A stretch of DNA of 64,000 nt from a virus, in IMG/VR virus record IMGVR_UViG_3300017788_003020, positions 15,625 through 79,624 of that record. The stretch is one strand, 5' to 3'. Shown here piece after piece: positions 9,175-19,265 of this stretch. The notes under the pieces were generated by a model. That model was not told the origin of the DNA, did not search any database, and worked only from the letters and a program-made list of their open reading frames with translations. The position numbers and the translations under genes were made by a program. Within the stretch, counting starts at the first letter, position 1. Each line of letters begins with the position of its first letter.

Positions 9175-10065
9175 ATGTCTGTATATTCATTTGAACAATG
9201 GAATCTTAACGAAAAATCAGGTAAAAAGAAAGCTACGCCTGAAAAAAGCTTGATGGACACCATCTCAAATCTTATGCCTAATAAGCAACCCGCAGTTTCT
9301 ACTGAGGTAGCGAGGAGATTTAAGTTTTTAGATTTTGAAGAAAAGGAAAAAGGCGCAAAGACTGTTGAACAAATGAAACTAATAAAGGATGTAGATTTCT
9401 TTTTGAAAACTTTCAAATACATAGAGTCTTTGAAAGTTTTAGTTAATCCAGAAGTAGCGAAACAAGGATTGAACTTTGAAAATCAAATTCCAAATTACGC
9501 ATATGATTATGGTAATTTACCTGACCTTATAAACTTGCCCGTTGATTTGACGAAATATATTGTTCGCTTCTTTATGACGGCGGGTTTATCTAAAAGCGGT
9601 GCAGTTGCGTTGGCTGCTAACTTTTGGAAAGAATCGAGATTCAATCCGCATCAAAATCAAATTGGGGGAGGACCTGGATTTGGTTTAGCACAATGGGGCA
9701 AAACGGATAGATGGAGTAGATTCGTTAACTCTTTCCTTTCGGTGTTTAGAAGCTCAGACCCAAAGTTCTCTTCTATGAATAAAGAAGATTTAGATGCACA
9801 ATTAAGTTATACGATATATGAACTAAAGACATTCTATAATGATGTATATTTAGAACTATTGAAGCCATATAGATTAGAGTCAAAGGTTATCTTGATTATG
9901 AAGAAATATGAAGTATGTAGAGATAGAGATAAACCAGAGGAACAAAGAGAAAGATTTGACATATCAAAGAACATAGCTGTTATTATAGCTTTTGACCATT
10001 GGATAGATATTATAGAGAAGTCTATTTTTGTTTTGAAAGATTTAGACTTAGGGAAATTCTATTAA
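9175..10065 (+). CDS. Phage tail-type lysozyme domain protein (Phage_lysozyme2-like) with capsid-targeting-like N-terminus
   Basis: AVALAANFWKESRFNP...GPGFGLAQW...DRW and QLSYTIYEL motifs; N-terminus YSFEQWNLNE. Confidence 0.75.
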   Translation: MSVYSFEQWNLNEKSGKKKATPEKSLMDTISNLMPNKQPAVSTEVARRFKFLDFEEKEKGAKTVEQMKLIKDVDFFLKTFKYIESLKVLVNPEVAKQGLNFENQIPNYAYDYGNLPDLINLPVDLTKYIVRFFMTAGLSKSGAVALAANFWKESRFNPHQNQIGGGPGFGLAQWGKTDRWSRFVNSFLSVFRSSDPKFSSMNKEDLDAQLSYTIYELKTFYNDVYLELLKPYRLESKVILIMKKYEVCRDRDKPEEQRERFDISKNIAVIIAFDHWIDIIEKSIFVLKDLDLGKFY

Positions 10066-10086
10066 AATTAATAGACCGCGAAAACA

Positions 10087-10228
10087 CTTGCTTTTTATCG
10101 AATATTCCTTTATATTTGTGTTATGAAAGAAATTTTAATCTATTTTATGCTCTAAAATGTCGAAAATCACCAAAAAGAAAAAAAGTTTCAGATTTTCCTT
10201 GCTTTATCGAAAAAACCCCTTATATTTG
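10087..10228 (+). promoter_or_regulatory. Two tandem Bacteroidota-type promoters upstream of HU
   Basis: CTTG-N20-TATATTTG (10087-10118) and CTTG-N19-TATATTTG (10198-10228). Confidence 0.75.
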
Positions 10229-10328
10229 CAGTTGTGAATCGGAAAGTTGATATACAGAACGAAAGAATTTTTAACAATACATATACCAAAATGGTATAAT
10301 TTTCATTTTCATTTTTTGGAGTTATTTT

Positions 10329-10613
10329 ATGAATAAGACAGAATTGATTAAATCAATCGTCGAAAAGTCTGGTCAAGACAAAAAAACAGTAGATGCTGTT
10401 TTAGGTGCTCTTGATGAAATCGTGAAGACAAGTGCTTCTAATGGAGACTCAGTCCCAGTAGCAGGTCTTGGAATCTTCAAGGTCTCTGATAGACCTGCGA
10501 GAACAGCACGCAATCCTATGACTGGTGAGACTGTTCAAGTCCCAGCAAAAAGAGTTGCGAAATTTGCAGTATCAAAATCCCTCAAGGATATTGTTGCTGG
10601 AAATTCTAAATAA
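10329..10613 (+). CDS. hup: HU family DNA-binding protein
   Basis: MNKTELI, GLGIF, RPARTARNPMTGE, PAKRVAKF. Confidence 0.95.
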   Translation: MNKTELIKSIVEKSGQDKKTVDAVLGALDEIVKTSASNGDSVPVAGLGIFKVSDRPARTARNPMTGETVQVPAKRVAKFAVSKSLKDIVAGNSK

Positions 10614-10620
10614 ATAAGAT

Positions 10621-10657
10621 GGGGCTTTTCTTCATCGAAGAAGAGCCCTATACTTTA
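10621..10657 (+). terminator. Stem-loop, probable terminator after HU
   Basis: GGGCTTTTCTTC-ATC-GAAGAAGAGCCC. Confidence 0.6.
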
Positions 10658-10745
10658 CCCCACCTGTATAACTTCGGACAAAGTTATATTGAACCTCAAA
10701 TAGTCCACTATATTAATATTGTATTTGTAATTAGGTAAAAACACT

Positions 10746-11753
10746 ATGGAAAATCAAACAAAAAATCAGAGAAATTTGAAAATTGGCGTATTTTATGATG
10801 GTAATTTCGTAAATCATGTTTCAGATTATTACGCATTTAGACATCCAATAAAAAGTAGGCTATCTCTAAAGGGATTGGAAGAATATATCATAGCCGAAAT
10901 AGCAAAAAGAGAAAATTTGGATTCTACTTTTAATTGTAAAATTATTGAATCACATGTGTATAGAGGGCGCTCAACAGCCCGAGAAGCAGATGAAAGAGAT
11001 GTTCTCTATGGAGAACGTGTATTTGATGATGCTTGTATGTATGATGGGATTACTACCCACTATCTTCCTATCAAAATCCAAAATGGAAGAATTCAAAATA
11101 AAGGTATAGATGTTTGGATGGCATTGGATGCATATGAATTAACATCTATGAAAGATTTGGATGTAGTTGTATTGGTGACAAGCGATACTGACTTCAAACC
11201 GCTTATTAGAAAATTGCACTCTTTGAATGCTAAAACATTGCTTTTAGGTTGGAATTTTGAATGGGAAGGAGAAGGTGGCCCTTATATTTCAAGAACATCG
11301 AGAGAATTGACAGAATCTGTTAATTGGTTTATTGATGTTGCATCAAAGGTTAATGAAGATTCAGAAGGAATGAAGAAAATTTTTGTTCCAAAGATAGAAA
11401 GAGAATATAAAGAAAATTCAGAAGAGTATTCAACTCAAACATATTCTGCAAGACAAAGATTTTCAAAATACCCTAAGCCAGATGAAGTTCAAAATTCAGA
11501 TATTCCTTTTGACCCAGATAATAGAATAGAGTCTGAGATTTTGAATATAAAGAATGGTTTTGGTTTTATATTATATCCACCGAGTAATATATTCTTCCAC
11601 GCCTCAGATGTTATAGACGGAGCCTTTAATCATTTAGAAGAAGGCGATGCTGTGGAATTTCAAATTTATACAAAACCGAATGGTGAGATAGTAGCAAAGC
11701 ATATTAAGCTATTATTCGGTAATGATGGAATGAATCATAGTTATTCTATGTGA
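10746..11753 (+). CDS. NYN (PIN-like) domain RNase fused to a C-terminal cold-shock domain
   Basis: FYDGN, KGIDVWMALD, SDTDFKPL; C-terminal GFGFI..IFFHAS. Confidence 0.88.
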   Translation: MENQTKNQRNLKIGVFYDGNFVNHVSDYYAFRHPIKSRLSLKGLEEYIIAEIAKRENLDSTFNCKIIESHVYRGRSTAREADERDVLYGERVFDDACMYDGITTHYLPIKIQNGRIQNKGIDVWMALDAYELTSMKDLDVVVLVTSDTDFKPLIRKLHSLNAKTLLLGWNFEWEGEGGPYISRTSRELTESVNWFIDVASKVNEDSEGMKKIFVPKIEREYKENSEEYSTQTYSARQRFSKYPKPDEVQNSDIPFDPDNRIESEILNIKNGFGFILYPPSNIFFHASDVIDGAFNHLEEGDAVEFQIYTKPNGEIVAKHIKLLFGNDGMNHSYSM

Positions 11754-11798
11754 TGGCTTCCCACAATCACCACCACTAAGACAAAAAAACCCATTCAG

Positions 11799-13094
11799 TT
11801 ATCTGATTGGGTTTTTTGTTATTATTCCTAATCCGTTGTATAAAGGATAATAGTAGTAATGCATGTTATATTTTCTTGCCAAGTCTTTTACTGCCACATT
11901 TACTTCTTCAAAGCTAACAACATCATGAAAAACAACAAAATCAGAATGTTTCAAAGCCCAATCTCCAGCTGAGAATGTGTTTTTATAATCATGGATTATA
12001 TCAATATGGACAAAATCAAATCTTTCTTCATCTGCTATTGTTTTAGACCATGATTCCCAATCTGATTTGATTAAGGTTATATTTGAGAAGTCTCTTAAAC
12101 ATTCTTTTGTATGTTCGAAGTGATTTTCTTTTACTCCACTATGTATGTCGCCAGTGAATGTATCGATTCCTATAACTTCTTTGAAGCAACCAGAGAATAC
12201 GGATGTGCTATATCCCCACTCTACTCCAAATTCTAATGCTTTATTCGGATTGATATTAAAATCCCGAATCATAGGCTCCATTATTCTCTCAAGACCAACC
12301 CAAGCAGATATAACATCATACTTAGGCTTATTCCAAGATTCTTCAATTGTTTTATACTCTATTCTTTCTATTTCTTTATACTCTTCAAATTCTATGTAAT
12401 TGTCAAATGTATATTCTTTCTCATAATGATTTACATTAGAATTATGGGCTTCATACATTCTGGCATTATCTCCGCTACCAATCCAAAACTCAGAATAAAC
12501 TCTGTCATCTTTTCTTCCGAGGTCTTCAAGAAAATATTCTTTTTTTAACGATGAAAGATATTTTGTAGTTGCCCACCAAAAATTACCGCTATAGTGGATG
12601 TGATAACCATAATAATCATTAGCTTCTCTTAGATTTACACCATAAGAATCCCACAAACCACTGGACAGAACTACTTCTGCGTTTTTCCATAAGTTTATGT
12701 TGAAATGTTCCATGTACTTACGCCAAGCGATTTGTTTTCTCCTAAAACTTCCAGATAAAGAATAGTCTTCTTCAAGAAAATACGATATTCCTTTTGTATG
12801 CATATAGAGAATCATTTCATTCTCTTCTCTTTCTTTTGCAAATTCATTTATTCTTGATAAAGTAGTTCTTTCTGCTAAATATTCATTTTCATCCAGAATA
12901 ACTTTTATTTTTTCAAATTTTGAAGTTAAATTCAAAAGCCACTCTAAATTACTTTTATCTGAACATAAAAGTATTATGTTTAAGGATTCTATTTTATCAT
13001 AAAGGCCACTTTCAAATACTCTTGAAAGTTGTTCCTGAACTAAATCGCACCAGTTAAATCTGGGAAAAATATGATAGAATATGTGTTTTTTCAT
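11799..13094 (-). CDS. Glycosyltransferase-like domain fused to a class I methyltransferase
   Basis: N-half YMHTKG, HYSGNFWWA, EFWIG; C-half LEFGVEWGYS, IDTF, HIDIIHDY, FHD. Confidence 0.7.
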   Translation of the reverse strand: MKKHIFYHIFPRFNWCDLVQEQLSRVFESGLYDKIESLNIILLCSDKSNLEWLLNLTSKFEKIKVILDENEYLAERTTLSRINEFAKEREENEMILYMHTKGISYFLEEDYSLSGSFRRKQIAWRKYMEHFNINLWKNAEVVLSSGLWDSYGVNLREANDYYGYHIHYSGNFWWATTKYLSSLKKEYFLEDLGRKDDRVYSEFWIGSGDNARMYEAHNSNVNHYEKEYTFDNYIEFEEYKEIERIEYKTIEESWNKPKYDVISAWVGLERIMEPMIRDFNINPNKALEFGVEWGYSTSVFSGCFKEVIGIDTFTGDIHSGVKENHFEHTKECLRDFSNITLIKSDWESWSKTIADEERFDFVHIDIIHDYKNTFSAGDWALKHSDFVVFHDVVSFEEVNVAVKDLARKYNMHYYYYPLYNGLGIITKNPIR

Positions 13095-13446
13095 GTTACT
13101 TTTACTTTTATATTTTATTTATTATAGTTTTAGATTAAGTATTGTTCAAAATTAAAATGAAAGTCAAAAAATGGAAATTCCTACTTAAAAATAGGGATAT
13201 ATATGAGATATAAAATAAATTAAAAAAGTCACATGCTTAACTTTATTGTAACTCATAAGGTTAAGAGTATAAACGGGATATGATTAAAAAAGTAATGCCC
13301 CAGTGATGTTTTTGAATGTAATCGGGAAAATAACGGATATGAATGATTACATTTATTCAGAAAAATAAGGTCAAATGGCTAAATTTTTCATTTTAAGTAA
13401 ACTATATTTCACTATATAGTAGTTAAAAATTATCAGGGCATAATAT

Positions 13447-13872
13447 ATGGAACTTGATGAAAACACTCGAATGTGTTTAGGTATAGGAATAATAGGCTCT
13501 AAAAATTTCAAAGATTCTGATTTAATTCATGCTTGGCTGGATAGATTACATAAAGAATTAGGCCCATTTGACAAAATCATCATAGGTGGTGTTGGTGGAA
13601 CTGATAGCTTTGCACAGAGCTGGGCTAAAAAGAATGGAATAGATATAAAGGTTTATTATGCCGATTGGTCAAACTATGGGAAAAAGGCTGTTTATGTTAG
13701 AAATATTTTCATAGTTGAGCACTCCGATATTTTAGTTTCATTCTGGGATGGAGACTCTAAAGATTCTGCACATGCTATACGGATAGCAAGGGTTTCAAAC
13801 AAACCTCTCTTAGTAATTTCAGAAAGAGGAGAAATAAACGAAATTCTCTCAAACATAAAACTTTCTGATTAA
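13447..13872 (+). CDS. SLOG superfamily protein (DUF2493/YspA-like)
   Basis: IIGSKNF, IIGGVGGTD, ADWSNYGK..RN, FWDGDSK. Confidence 0.8.
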   Translation: MELDENTRMCLGIGIIGSKNFKDSDLIHAWLDRLHKELGPFDKIIIGGVGGTDSFAQSWAKKNGIDIKVYYADWSNYGKKAVYVRNIFIVEHSDILVSFWDGDSKDSAHAIRIARVSNKPLLVISERGEINEILSNIKLSD

Positions 13873-13909
13873 ACTAAACTTTTCTGATTGGATTAAACTT
13901 TTTCTGATT
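13858..13909 (+). repeat. Three imperfect tandem copies of AAAC(T)nCTGATT
   Basis: Seen directly; the third copy forms the upstream element of a promoter-like motif. Confidence 0.6.
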
Positions 13910-13940
13910 CAACTCTATAATAGGTAATTCTCATGCTAAT

Positions 13941-14082
13941 TGCGAGTTAGTTTGAAAATATAAACCGCGAGCTGATTAAGATTCTTTTTACTCCGTTTGA
14001 GTCTTTGTCAAATCTAACATTGCCCTGATGCCAAGATTTATAGCGAGTTTATATTTAATCAAAAACTAACTCGCATTTTTTT
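13941..14082 (+). ncRNA. Candidate structured RNA (three-way junction; sRNA or cis-regulatory leader of dCMP deaminase)
   Basis: 13-bp perfect closing stem 13941-13953/14063-14075, a second 10+3-bp stem, two inner hairpins, then T7. Confidence 0.55.
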
Positions 14083-14094
14083 AAAAATTGACAT

Positions 14095-14523
14095 ATGGAT
14101 ACACGACCAAATTGGGACGAATACTTTTTAGATATTGCAGAAAAGGTTGCAACTCGCTCTACTTGTTTAAGATTAAAGGTAGGTTCTGTTCTTGTGGCAG
14201 AAGATAATAGAATTTTAGCAACGGGGTATAATGGTTCTCCGAAGGGAACTCCACACTGCATAGAAGTAGGATGTCTAAAAAATGAAGAAGGAAGATGTAT
14301 AAGAACAATACACGCTGAGATAAATGCTATTCTTTCTGTTGATATGCATGTAAGAAAAAACAGTATTCTTTATTGTACACATGAGCCTTGTGAAAACTGC
14401 ACGAAATCTATTATTCAAGCTGGAATAAAAAAGGTCGTTTTTAAGAATTCCTATTCACATCCAAACTCAGCAAATTCTTATTTCAATCCTTATTTAGAGT
14501 GGATTCAATACAAAAAAGACTAA
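14095..14523 (+). CDS. dCMP deaminase (ComEB-like)
   Basis: RSTC, GYNG, HAEINA, PCENC zinc motifs. Confidence 0.92.
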   Translation: MDTRPNWDEYFLDIAEKVATRSTCLRLKVGSVLVAEDNRILATGYNGSPKGTPHCIEVGCLKNEEGRCIRTIHAEINAILSVDMHVRKNSILYCTHEPCENCTKSIIQAGIKKVVFKNSYSHPNSANSYFNPYLEWIQYKKD

Positions 14524-14525
14524 AA

Positions 14526-14556
14526 CAAAAAAGCCAATCTTTCGATTGGCTTTTTC
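14526..14556. terminator. Bidirectional intrinsic terminator
   Basis: AAAAAGCCAATC-TTTC-GATTGGCTTTTT. Confidence 0.85.
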
Positions 14557-14557
14557 T

Positions 14558-17095
14558 TTACTCAGGTTCTGTTGTTATTTGACTTGAACTCGAAGAGGTG
14601 AATATAAGTTTTTCTGATTTCTTATCCAGTTTTATTTTCACAGAACTGCCATCTTTAATGAGACCAGATAGCAATTCTTCTGAGAGCGGGTCTTCTAAGT
14701 GTTGTTGGATACTTCTACGAAGTGGTCTTACTCCATACTTCTCATCAAATCCCTTATCAACCAAAAACTCTTTAATGGGCTTCGGTATTGAAAGAGTAAT
14801 GCTTCTTTCAGATAATCTATCTTCGAGCTTTTTAATTTGAATATCGATAATGCTAATCATATCTTCTTTCTTCAATCTCTTGAAGTATACGATTCTATCA
14901 AGTCTATTTATGAATTCAGGTGAGAAATTTTGCTTTATTGAAGTATCTATTGTTTCTTTAATATGAACTTCATTGCTTCCACCTTTATCAACAGAAAAAC
15001 CAAGGCTACCACCTGCTTTGATATCCTTCTGTCCTATATTGGATGTCATTATCAAAATGGTGTTTCTAAAGTCGACCTTTCTTCCTAAACCATCTGTTAG
15101 ATGGCCATCATCAAAAACTTGAAGAAGAGTATTCAAAGCATCTGGATGTGCCTTTTCAACTTCATCGAGAAGAACTACGCTAAATGGTCTTCTTCTTACT
15201 TTTTCTGTAAGTTGTCCTCCTTCATTATATCCAACATAGCCAGGAGGAGCTCCAATCAGCTTACTAACAGAAAACTTTTCCATATACTCAGACATATCTA
15301 CTCTAATTAGAGATTCTTCTGAGTCAAATAAATGAGAAGCCAAAGTCTTAGCAAGTTCTGTTTTACCTACACCAGTTGGCCCAGTAAAGAGAAAAACTCC
15401 AATAGGTCTTGATTTATCTTTTAGACCAGCTCTTGAACGCTTTATGGATTTTGAAATAACTTCTATTGCTTCGTCTTGTCCAATTACTTTTTTGTTTAAC
15501 TCTTCGTGAAGAGTAAGTAATCTATTTGCTTCATTTTGAGTAACTTTTGTAACTGGTATTCCTGTCATCATTGATACTATTGATGCGACATCATCTTCTG
15601 TTACAGTTTGAATATCACCTTCAAGATTTTTTTCCCAATTTTTTTTGAACGCTTCAAGTTCCTCTCTCAGTTTACGCTCAGCATCCCTTATCTCAGCGGC
15701 TTTCTCAAATAATTGAGACTTAACTGCTGAGTTCTTTTCTATGCTTAGTTCTGAGAGCTTATCTTCTATAACAACTATTTCTTTAGGTATTTTTATGTTT
15801 GTGATTTTAACCTTAGAGCCAGTTTCATCTAAAACATCAAATGCTTTATCTGGTAAAAATCTATCGGTGATGTATCTATCTGAGAATTTAACACAAGCTT
15901 CAATTGCAGAGTCTGTATATCTCACACCATGATGCGATTCATACTTATTCTTTACATTATGTAGAATCTCAAGAGTTTCATCAATCGAAGGTGGTTCAAC
16001 TAAAATCTTTTGAAATCTTCTATCAAGAGCACCATCTTTCTCGATGTTTTCTCTATATTCATCTAATGTTGTTGCTCCTATACATTGGATTTCTCCTCTT
16101 GCAAGAGCTGGTTTAAGCATGTTCGCAGCATCCAAAGAACCAGACGCACCACCTGCCCCAACAATTGTATGTAATTCATCGATGAAAAGAATAACATCAT
16201 CATTTTTTTCCAATTCTTGAACAACAGACTTAACTCTTTCCTCGAATTGACCACGATATTTTGTCCCAGCTACCATAGAACCTAAATCTAAAGTTATAAC
16301 TCTTTTATCTAAAAGAACTTTTGGGACTTTTCTTTCAATGATTCTTAAAGCTAATCCTTCTACGATTGCGGTTTTACCGACACCTGGTTCACCAATCAAT
16401 ACAGGATTATTCTTTTTTCTTCTTGCTAAAACCTGAACAACTCTTTCTATTTCTTTTTCTCTACCAATAACTGGGTCAAGTTTGTCTTCAATAGCAAGAC
16501 GAGTTAAATCTTTACCGAAGTTATCAAGAACTGGGGTCTTTTTGAGTTTGTTTGTTCCAGTATTGTTTACTGGTTTATTTCTTCCAGTTTTAGAGGAAGG
16601 CTTTCTTGATTTAGAATTATTTACATCTGTGTCTGAATCAGAATCAGATTCTTCATCTAAGTTCAAACTTTTGTCCAATTCTTTTCTGAAAACGTCATAA
16701 TTGATGTCTTGTTTATGAAGGCATTTTGTTGCTTCATTTTCTTCATCTCTCAAAATAGAAAGAATCAAATGCTCAGTTCCGATTCTGTCTGACTTATAAA
16801 GTCTTGATTCGAGGTATGTTACTTTCAATACTTTTTCAGAATTTTTAGAAAGTGGGGTAGATGATTCTCCTATTAGAGTGACAATAGAATTTTCCATCTC
16901 TTTTTCTATGTCTTTCTTTAATTTTTTGAAATTAACTCCAAGAGATGTCAAAACTTCAATACCCAAACCTTCTCCTCTGCGAACAACCCCAAGTAAAAGG
17001 TGACCGATGCTAATCACATCATGTCCGAGTCTTAGAGCTTCTTCTCTTGAAAATCTTATGACTTCTTGTAATCCATCTGAAAAATTTCCTTTCAT
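14558..17095 (-). CDS. clpC: ATP-dependent Clp protease ATPase subunit ClpC
   Basis: Clp N-domain, two AAA+ modules ([16 protein letters not shown]), UVR coiled coil, GYVG pore loop, LGF ClpP-docking loop. Confidence 0.95.
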   Translation of the reverse strand: MKGNFSDGLQEVIRFSREEALRLGHDVISIGHLLLGVVRRGEGLGIEVLTSLGVNFKKLKKDIEKEMENSIVTLIGESSTPLSKNSEKVLKVTYLESRLYKSDRIGTEHLILSILRDEENEATKCLHKQDINYDVFRKELDKSLNLDEESDSDSDTDVNNSKSRKPSSKTGRNKPVNNTGTNKLKKTPVLDNFGKDLTRLAIEDKLDPVIGREKEIERVVQVLARRKKNNPVLIGEPGVGKTAIVEGLALRIIERKVPKVLLDKRVITLDLGSMVAGTKYRGQFEERVKSVVQELEKNDDVILFIDELHTIVGAGGASGSLDAANMLKPALARGEIQCIGATTLDEYRENIEKDGALDRRFQKILVEPPSIDETLEILHNVKNKYESHHGVRYTDSAIEACVKFSDRYITDRFLPDKAFDVLDETGSKVKITNIKIPKEIVVIEDKLSELSIEKNSAVKSQLFEKAAEIRDAERKLREELEAFKKNWEKNLEGDIQTVTEDDVASIVSMMTGIPVTKVTQNEANRLLTLHEELNKKVIGQDEAIEVISKSIKRSRAGLKDKSRPIGVFLFTGPTGVGKTELAKTLASHLFDSEESLIRVDMSEYMEKFSVSKLIGAPPGYVGYNEGGQLTEKVRRRPFSVVLLDEVEKAHPDALNTLLQVFDDGHLTDGLGRKVDFRNTILIMTSNIGQKDIKAGGSLGFSVDKGGSNEVHIKETIDTSIKQNFSPEFINRLDRIVYFKRLKKEDMISIIDIQIKKLEDRLSERSITLSIPKPIKEFLVDKGFDEKYGVRPLRRSIQQHLEDPLSEELLSGLIKDGSSVKIKLDKKSEKLIFTSSSSSQITTEPE

Positions 17096-17183
17096 ATATT
17101 ATCCTGTTTCCTTTTTAGTTCTATAATTTTCGTCTAAACGAACTTATTCTGTATATATCGATAAAAGACATATCATCTTTAAT

Positions 17184-17765
17184 TTATTGGAGTATTTTAT
17201 CAATTATGCCATAATTCAAGGCATCCTGAGGAGACATCCAATTATCTCTATCAGCATCGCTTCTAATTTTGTTTATATCCTGTCCAGTATGTTCAGAAAT
17301 CAAGGAATATAAGGTTTCCCTTATTTTTATCATTTCCTTCGTATAGATTTCAATATCGGAGGCTTGACCATTTGTTCCTCCCAAGGGCTGATGCATCATT
17401 ATTCTTGAATGAGGTAAAGAAAACCTCTTTCCTTTTGCTCCCGCTGTCAATAAAAATTGACCCATAGAGGCGGCAAGACCTACACAAATTGTAGATACAT
17501 CAGGCTTAATATACTGCATTGTATCATAAATAGCCATACCAGCGCTTACGCTCCCTCCTGGGGAATTTATGTAGAGAAATATGTCTTTTGTTGAATCTTC
17601 GGATTGTAAAAACAACATTTGTGCTACAATAAGAGAAGCAATAGTATCATCTACTTGAGTTCCTAAAAAGATGATTCTATCTTTAAGAAGACGTGAATAT
17701 ATGTCATATGACCTTTCTCCACGGGAGGTTTGCTCTATAACATAAGGAACAAGATGTGAATACAT
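17184..17765 (-). CDS. clpP: ATP-dependent Clp protease proteolytic subunit
   Basis: [27 protein letters not shown] (catalytic Ser), MMHQP, DRDNWM. Confidence 0.97.
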   Translation of the reverse strand: MYSHLVPYVIEQTSRGERSYDIYSRLLKDRIIFLGTQVDDTIASLIVAQMLFLQSEDSTKDIFLYINSPGGSVSAGMAIYDTMQYIKPDVSTICVGLAASMGQFLLTAGAKGKRFSLPHSRIMMHQPLGGTNGQASDIEIYTKEMIKIRETLYSLISEHTGQDINKIRSDADRDNWMSPQDALNYGIIDKILQ

Positions 17766-18034
17766 AATAACTCTTGAATGAGGATTAAATAGTTAATTTC
17801 TGAGGTTTTTGATAAGAATCGCCACTTCTTACACTTTCACTTATAGTCAAATATCAATAAATGTTCTACAATTTATCCAATAAATGACAAAATCAAAACA
17901 GGAAAATCTCTATTATTTTTAGCTATATCATCTAAACTCTTATTATTCAAAGGAATAGGTGAAATACGTAGAAATATGAAATTAGACTTGTATTCTCAAA
18001 ATATATACGAGATAAGTTTAATTATCAAAAAACC

Positions 18035-18460
18035 ATGGGTATTTTAGAGAAAAAGAATGTCTGTAAAATTGTATGCATCGAATGGGACAATGTATGCGAA
18101 AGATGGATTATCAAAATAGATGAACCCAAGTCTGTTTCTATAATCAAAAGCAATTTCGAGTTTATATTAAATAAATCCAAAAAAAGAATTTACATACATG
18201 AATCCGCATTTGATTTTTTAGTTTTATTTTATCCAGTAGATGAAAATGACAAATATCTTACAAACATGATTTGGGCGGCTTCTAACTTACATGAGTGTAT
18301 TTTTTTTGTAGAATCTGAAGAAGATATAATAAGAGGAATTTGTAACTTTTACAGAAATTTAATAGTCATGGAAAATAGAGAGACCTTAAAAGGATATAGA
18401 ACTGAGCAGTTTTTGAAAAAAATACAATTTTCACATGGTCTTTCTATTGATTTTTTTTAG
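18035..18460 (+). CDS. Hypothetical protein
   Basis: ORF; AATATATA at 18000-18007. Confidence 0.6.
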   Translation: MGILEKKNVCKIVCIEWDNVCERWIIKIDEPKSVSIIKSNFEFILNKSKKRIYIHESAFDFLVLFYPVDENDKYLTNMIWAASNLHECIFFVESEEDIIRGICNFYRNLIVMENRETLKGYRTEQFLKKIQFSHGLSIDFF

Positions 18461-18533
18461 AAGCTCTTGTTTTTAGTCAAATCTTTTATTATTTTTGTAA
18501 CGGCTTATTTAATTGTTTTAGCAAAATAATACT

Positions 18534-19208
18534 ATGAAAAATTTAGAAAAAATGCTTTTTGAAGGTACTCGAGAAAATAATATCAACAAAGTTAGATGGG
18601 CTTTGAATTTAGGAGCAGATATAACAAAAAGAGATAGATTAAAAAGATGTCCATTGCACTATACTACATCCAAAAAAGATTTAGAGCTGGCGAAGTTTTT
18701 AATTCTTTTAGGGGCTGATGTAAATGCAAAAGATTGGATGGACAGAGTTCCAATACATAATACACGCAACATCGAAACGGTTAGATTATTAGTCGAATCT
18801 GGGGCAGATTTAAGTGTAAAGGAAGGAGTCAGTGAGTTCCCCATTTTACATAATTATATAGATTGTTCGGATAATTTAGAAATATTTAAATTCCTAATAC
18901 CATTAGGGATTGATGTCAATGCGTCAGACTGTGATGGATATACTACATTACATAGAATAGCAGATAGTGTGTGTAATTTATCAAGATTGGTTGATATTAT
19001 GGTTCTACATGGGGCTGATATAAATGCAAAAAATAAGTTTGGTGAAACCCCATTGCATATAGCAGTAAAGAGAGAGAATGCAATATTGGTAGAATCTATT
19101 TACAAAGCGGGCGCAGACACAACTATCGAAGACAATAACGGTCTGATGCCATATTCCGTAAAGAATAATAGTAGAATCAGAAGAATTTTGATTCAAAGAA
19201 GAAAATAA
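18534..19208 (+). CDS. Ankyrin repeat protein
   Basis: Repeated PLH...LI..GADVNA units; host-type promoter CTTG-N20-TATTTTTG at 18466-18497. Confidence 0.9.
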   Translation: MKNLEKMLFEGTRENNINKVRWALNLGADITKRDRLKRCPLHYTTSKKDLELAKFLILLGADVNAKDWMDRVPIHNTRNIETVRLLVESGADLSVKEGVSEFPILHNYIDCSDNLEIFKFLIPLGIDVNASDCDGYTTLHRIADSVCNLSRLVDIMVLHGADINAKNKFGETPLHIAVKRENAILVESIYKAGADTTIEDNNGLMPYSVKNNSRIRRILIQRRK

Positions 19209-19216
19209 AAAAATAG

Positions 19217-19247
19217 TTTGCAGATATCAGAATTTTCATTATATTTG
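19217..19247 (+). promoter_or_regulatory. Bacteroidota-type promoter of tmRNA
   Basis: TTTG-N19-TATATTTG. Confidence 0.75.
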
Positions 19248-19265
19248 TAATAGTTCATTGAAAAT

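Noticed and set aside
9999-10250. 83-aa ORF before HU
   Set aside because: Spans two promoter elements, overlaps the upstream gene and has no recognisable features
14598-16700. Short plus-strand ORFs inside clpC, and similar antisense ORFs elsewhere
   Set aside because: Antisense shadows of strong genes
17140-17165. GAAC-N16-GATAAA antisense to clpP
   Set aside because: Poor -10 match, overlaps the clpC GATATATA site; likely chance
18035-18460. Possible SmpB near tmRNA
   Set aside because: No SmpB motifs (N.KA...Y, E.G..L.G.E.KS, GKK..DKR)
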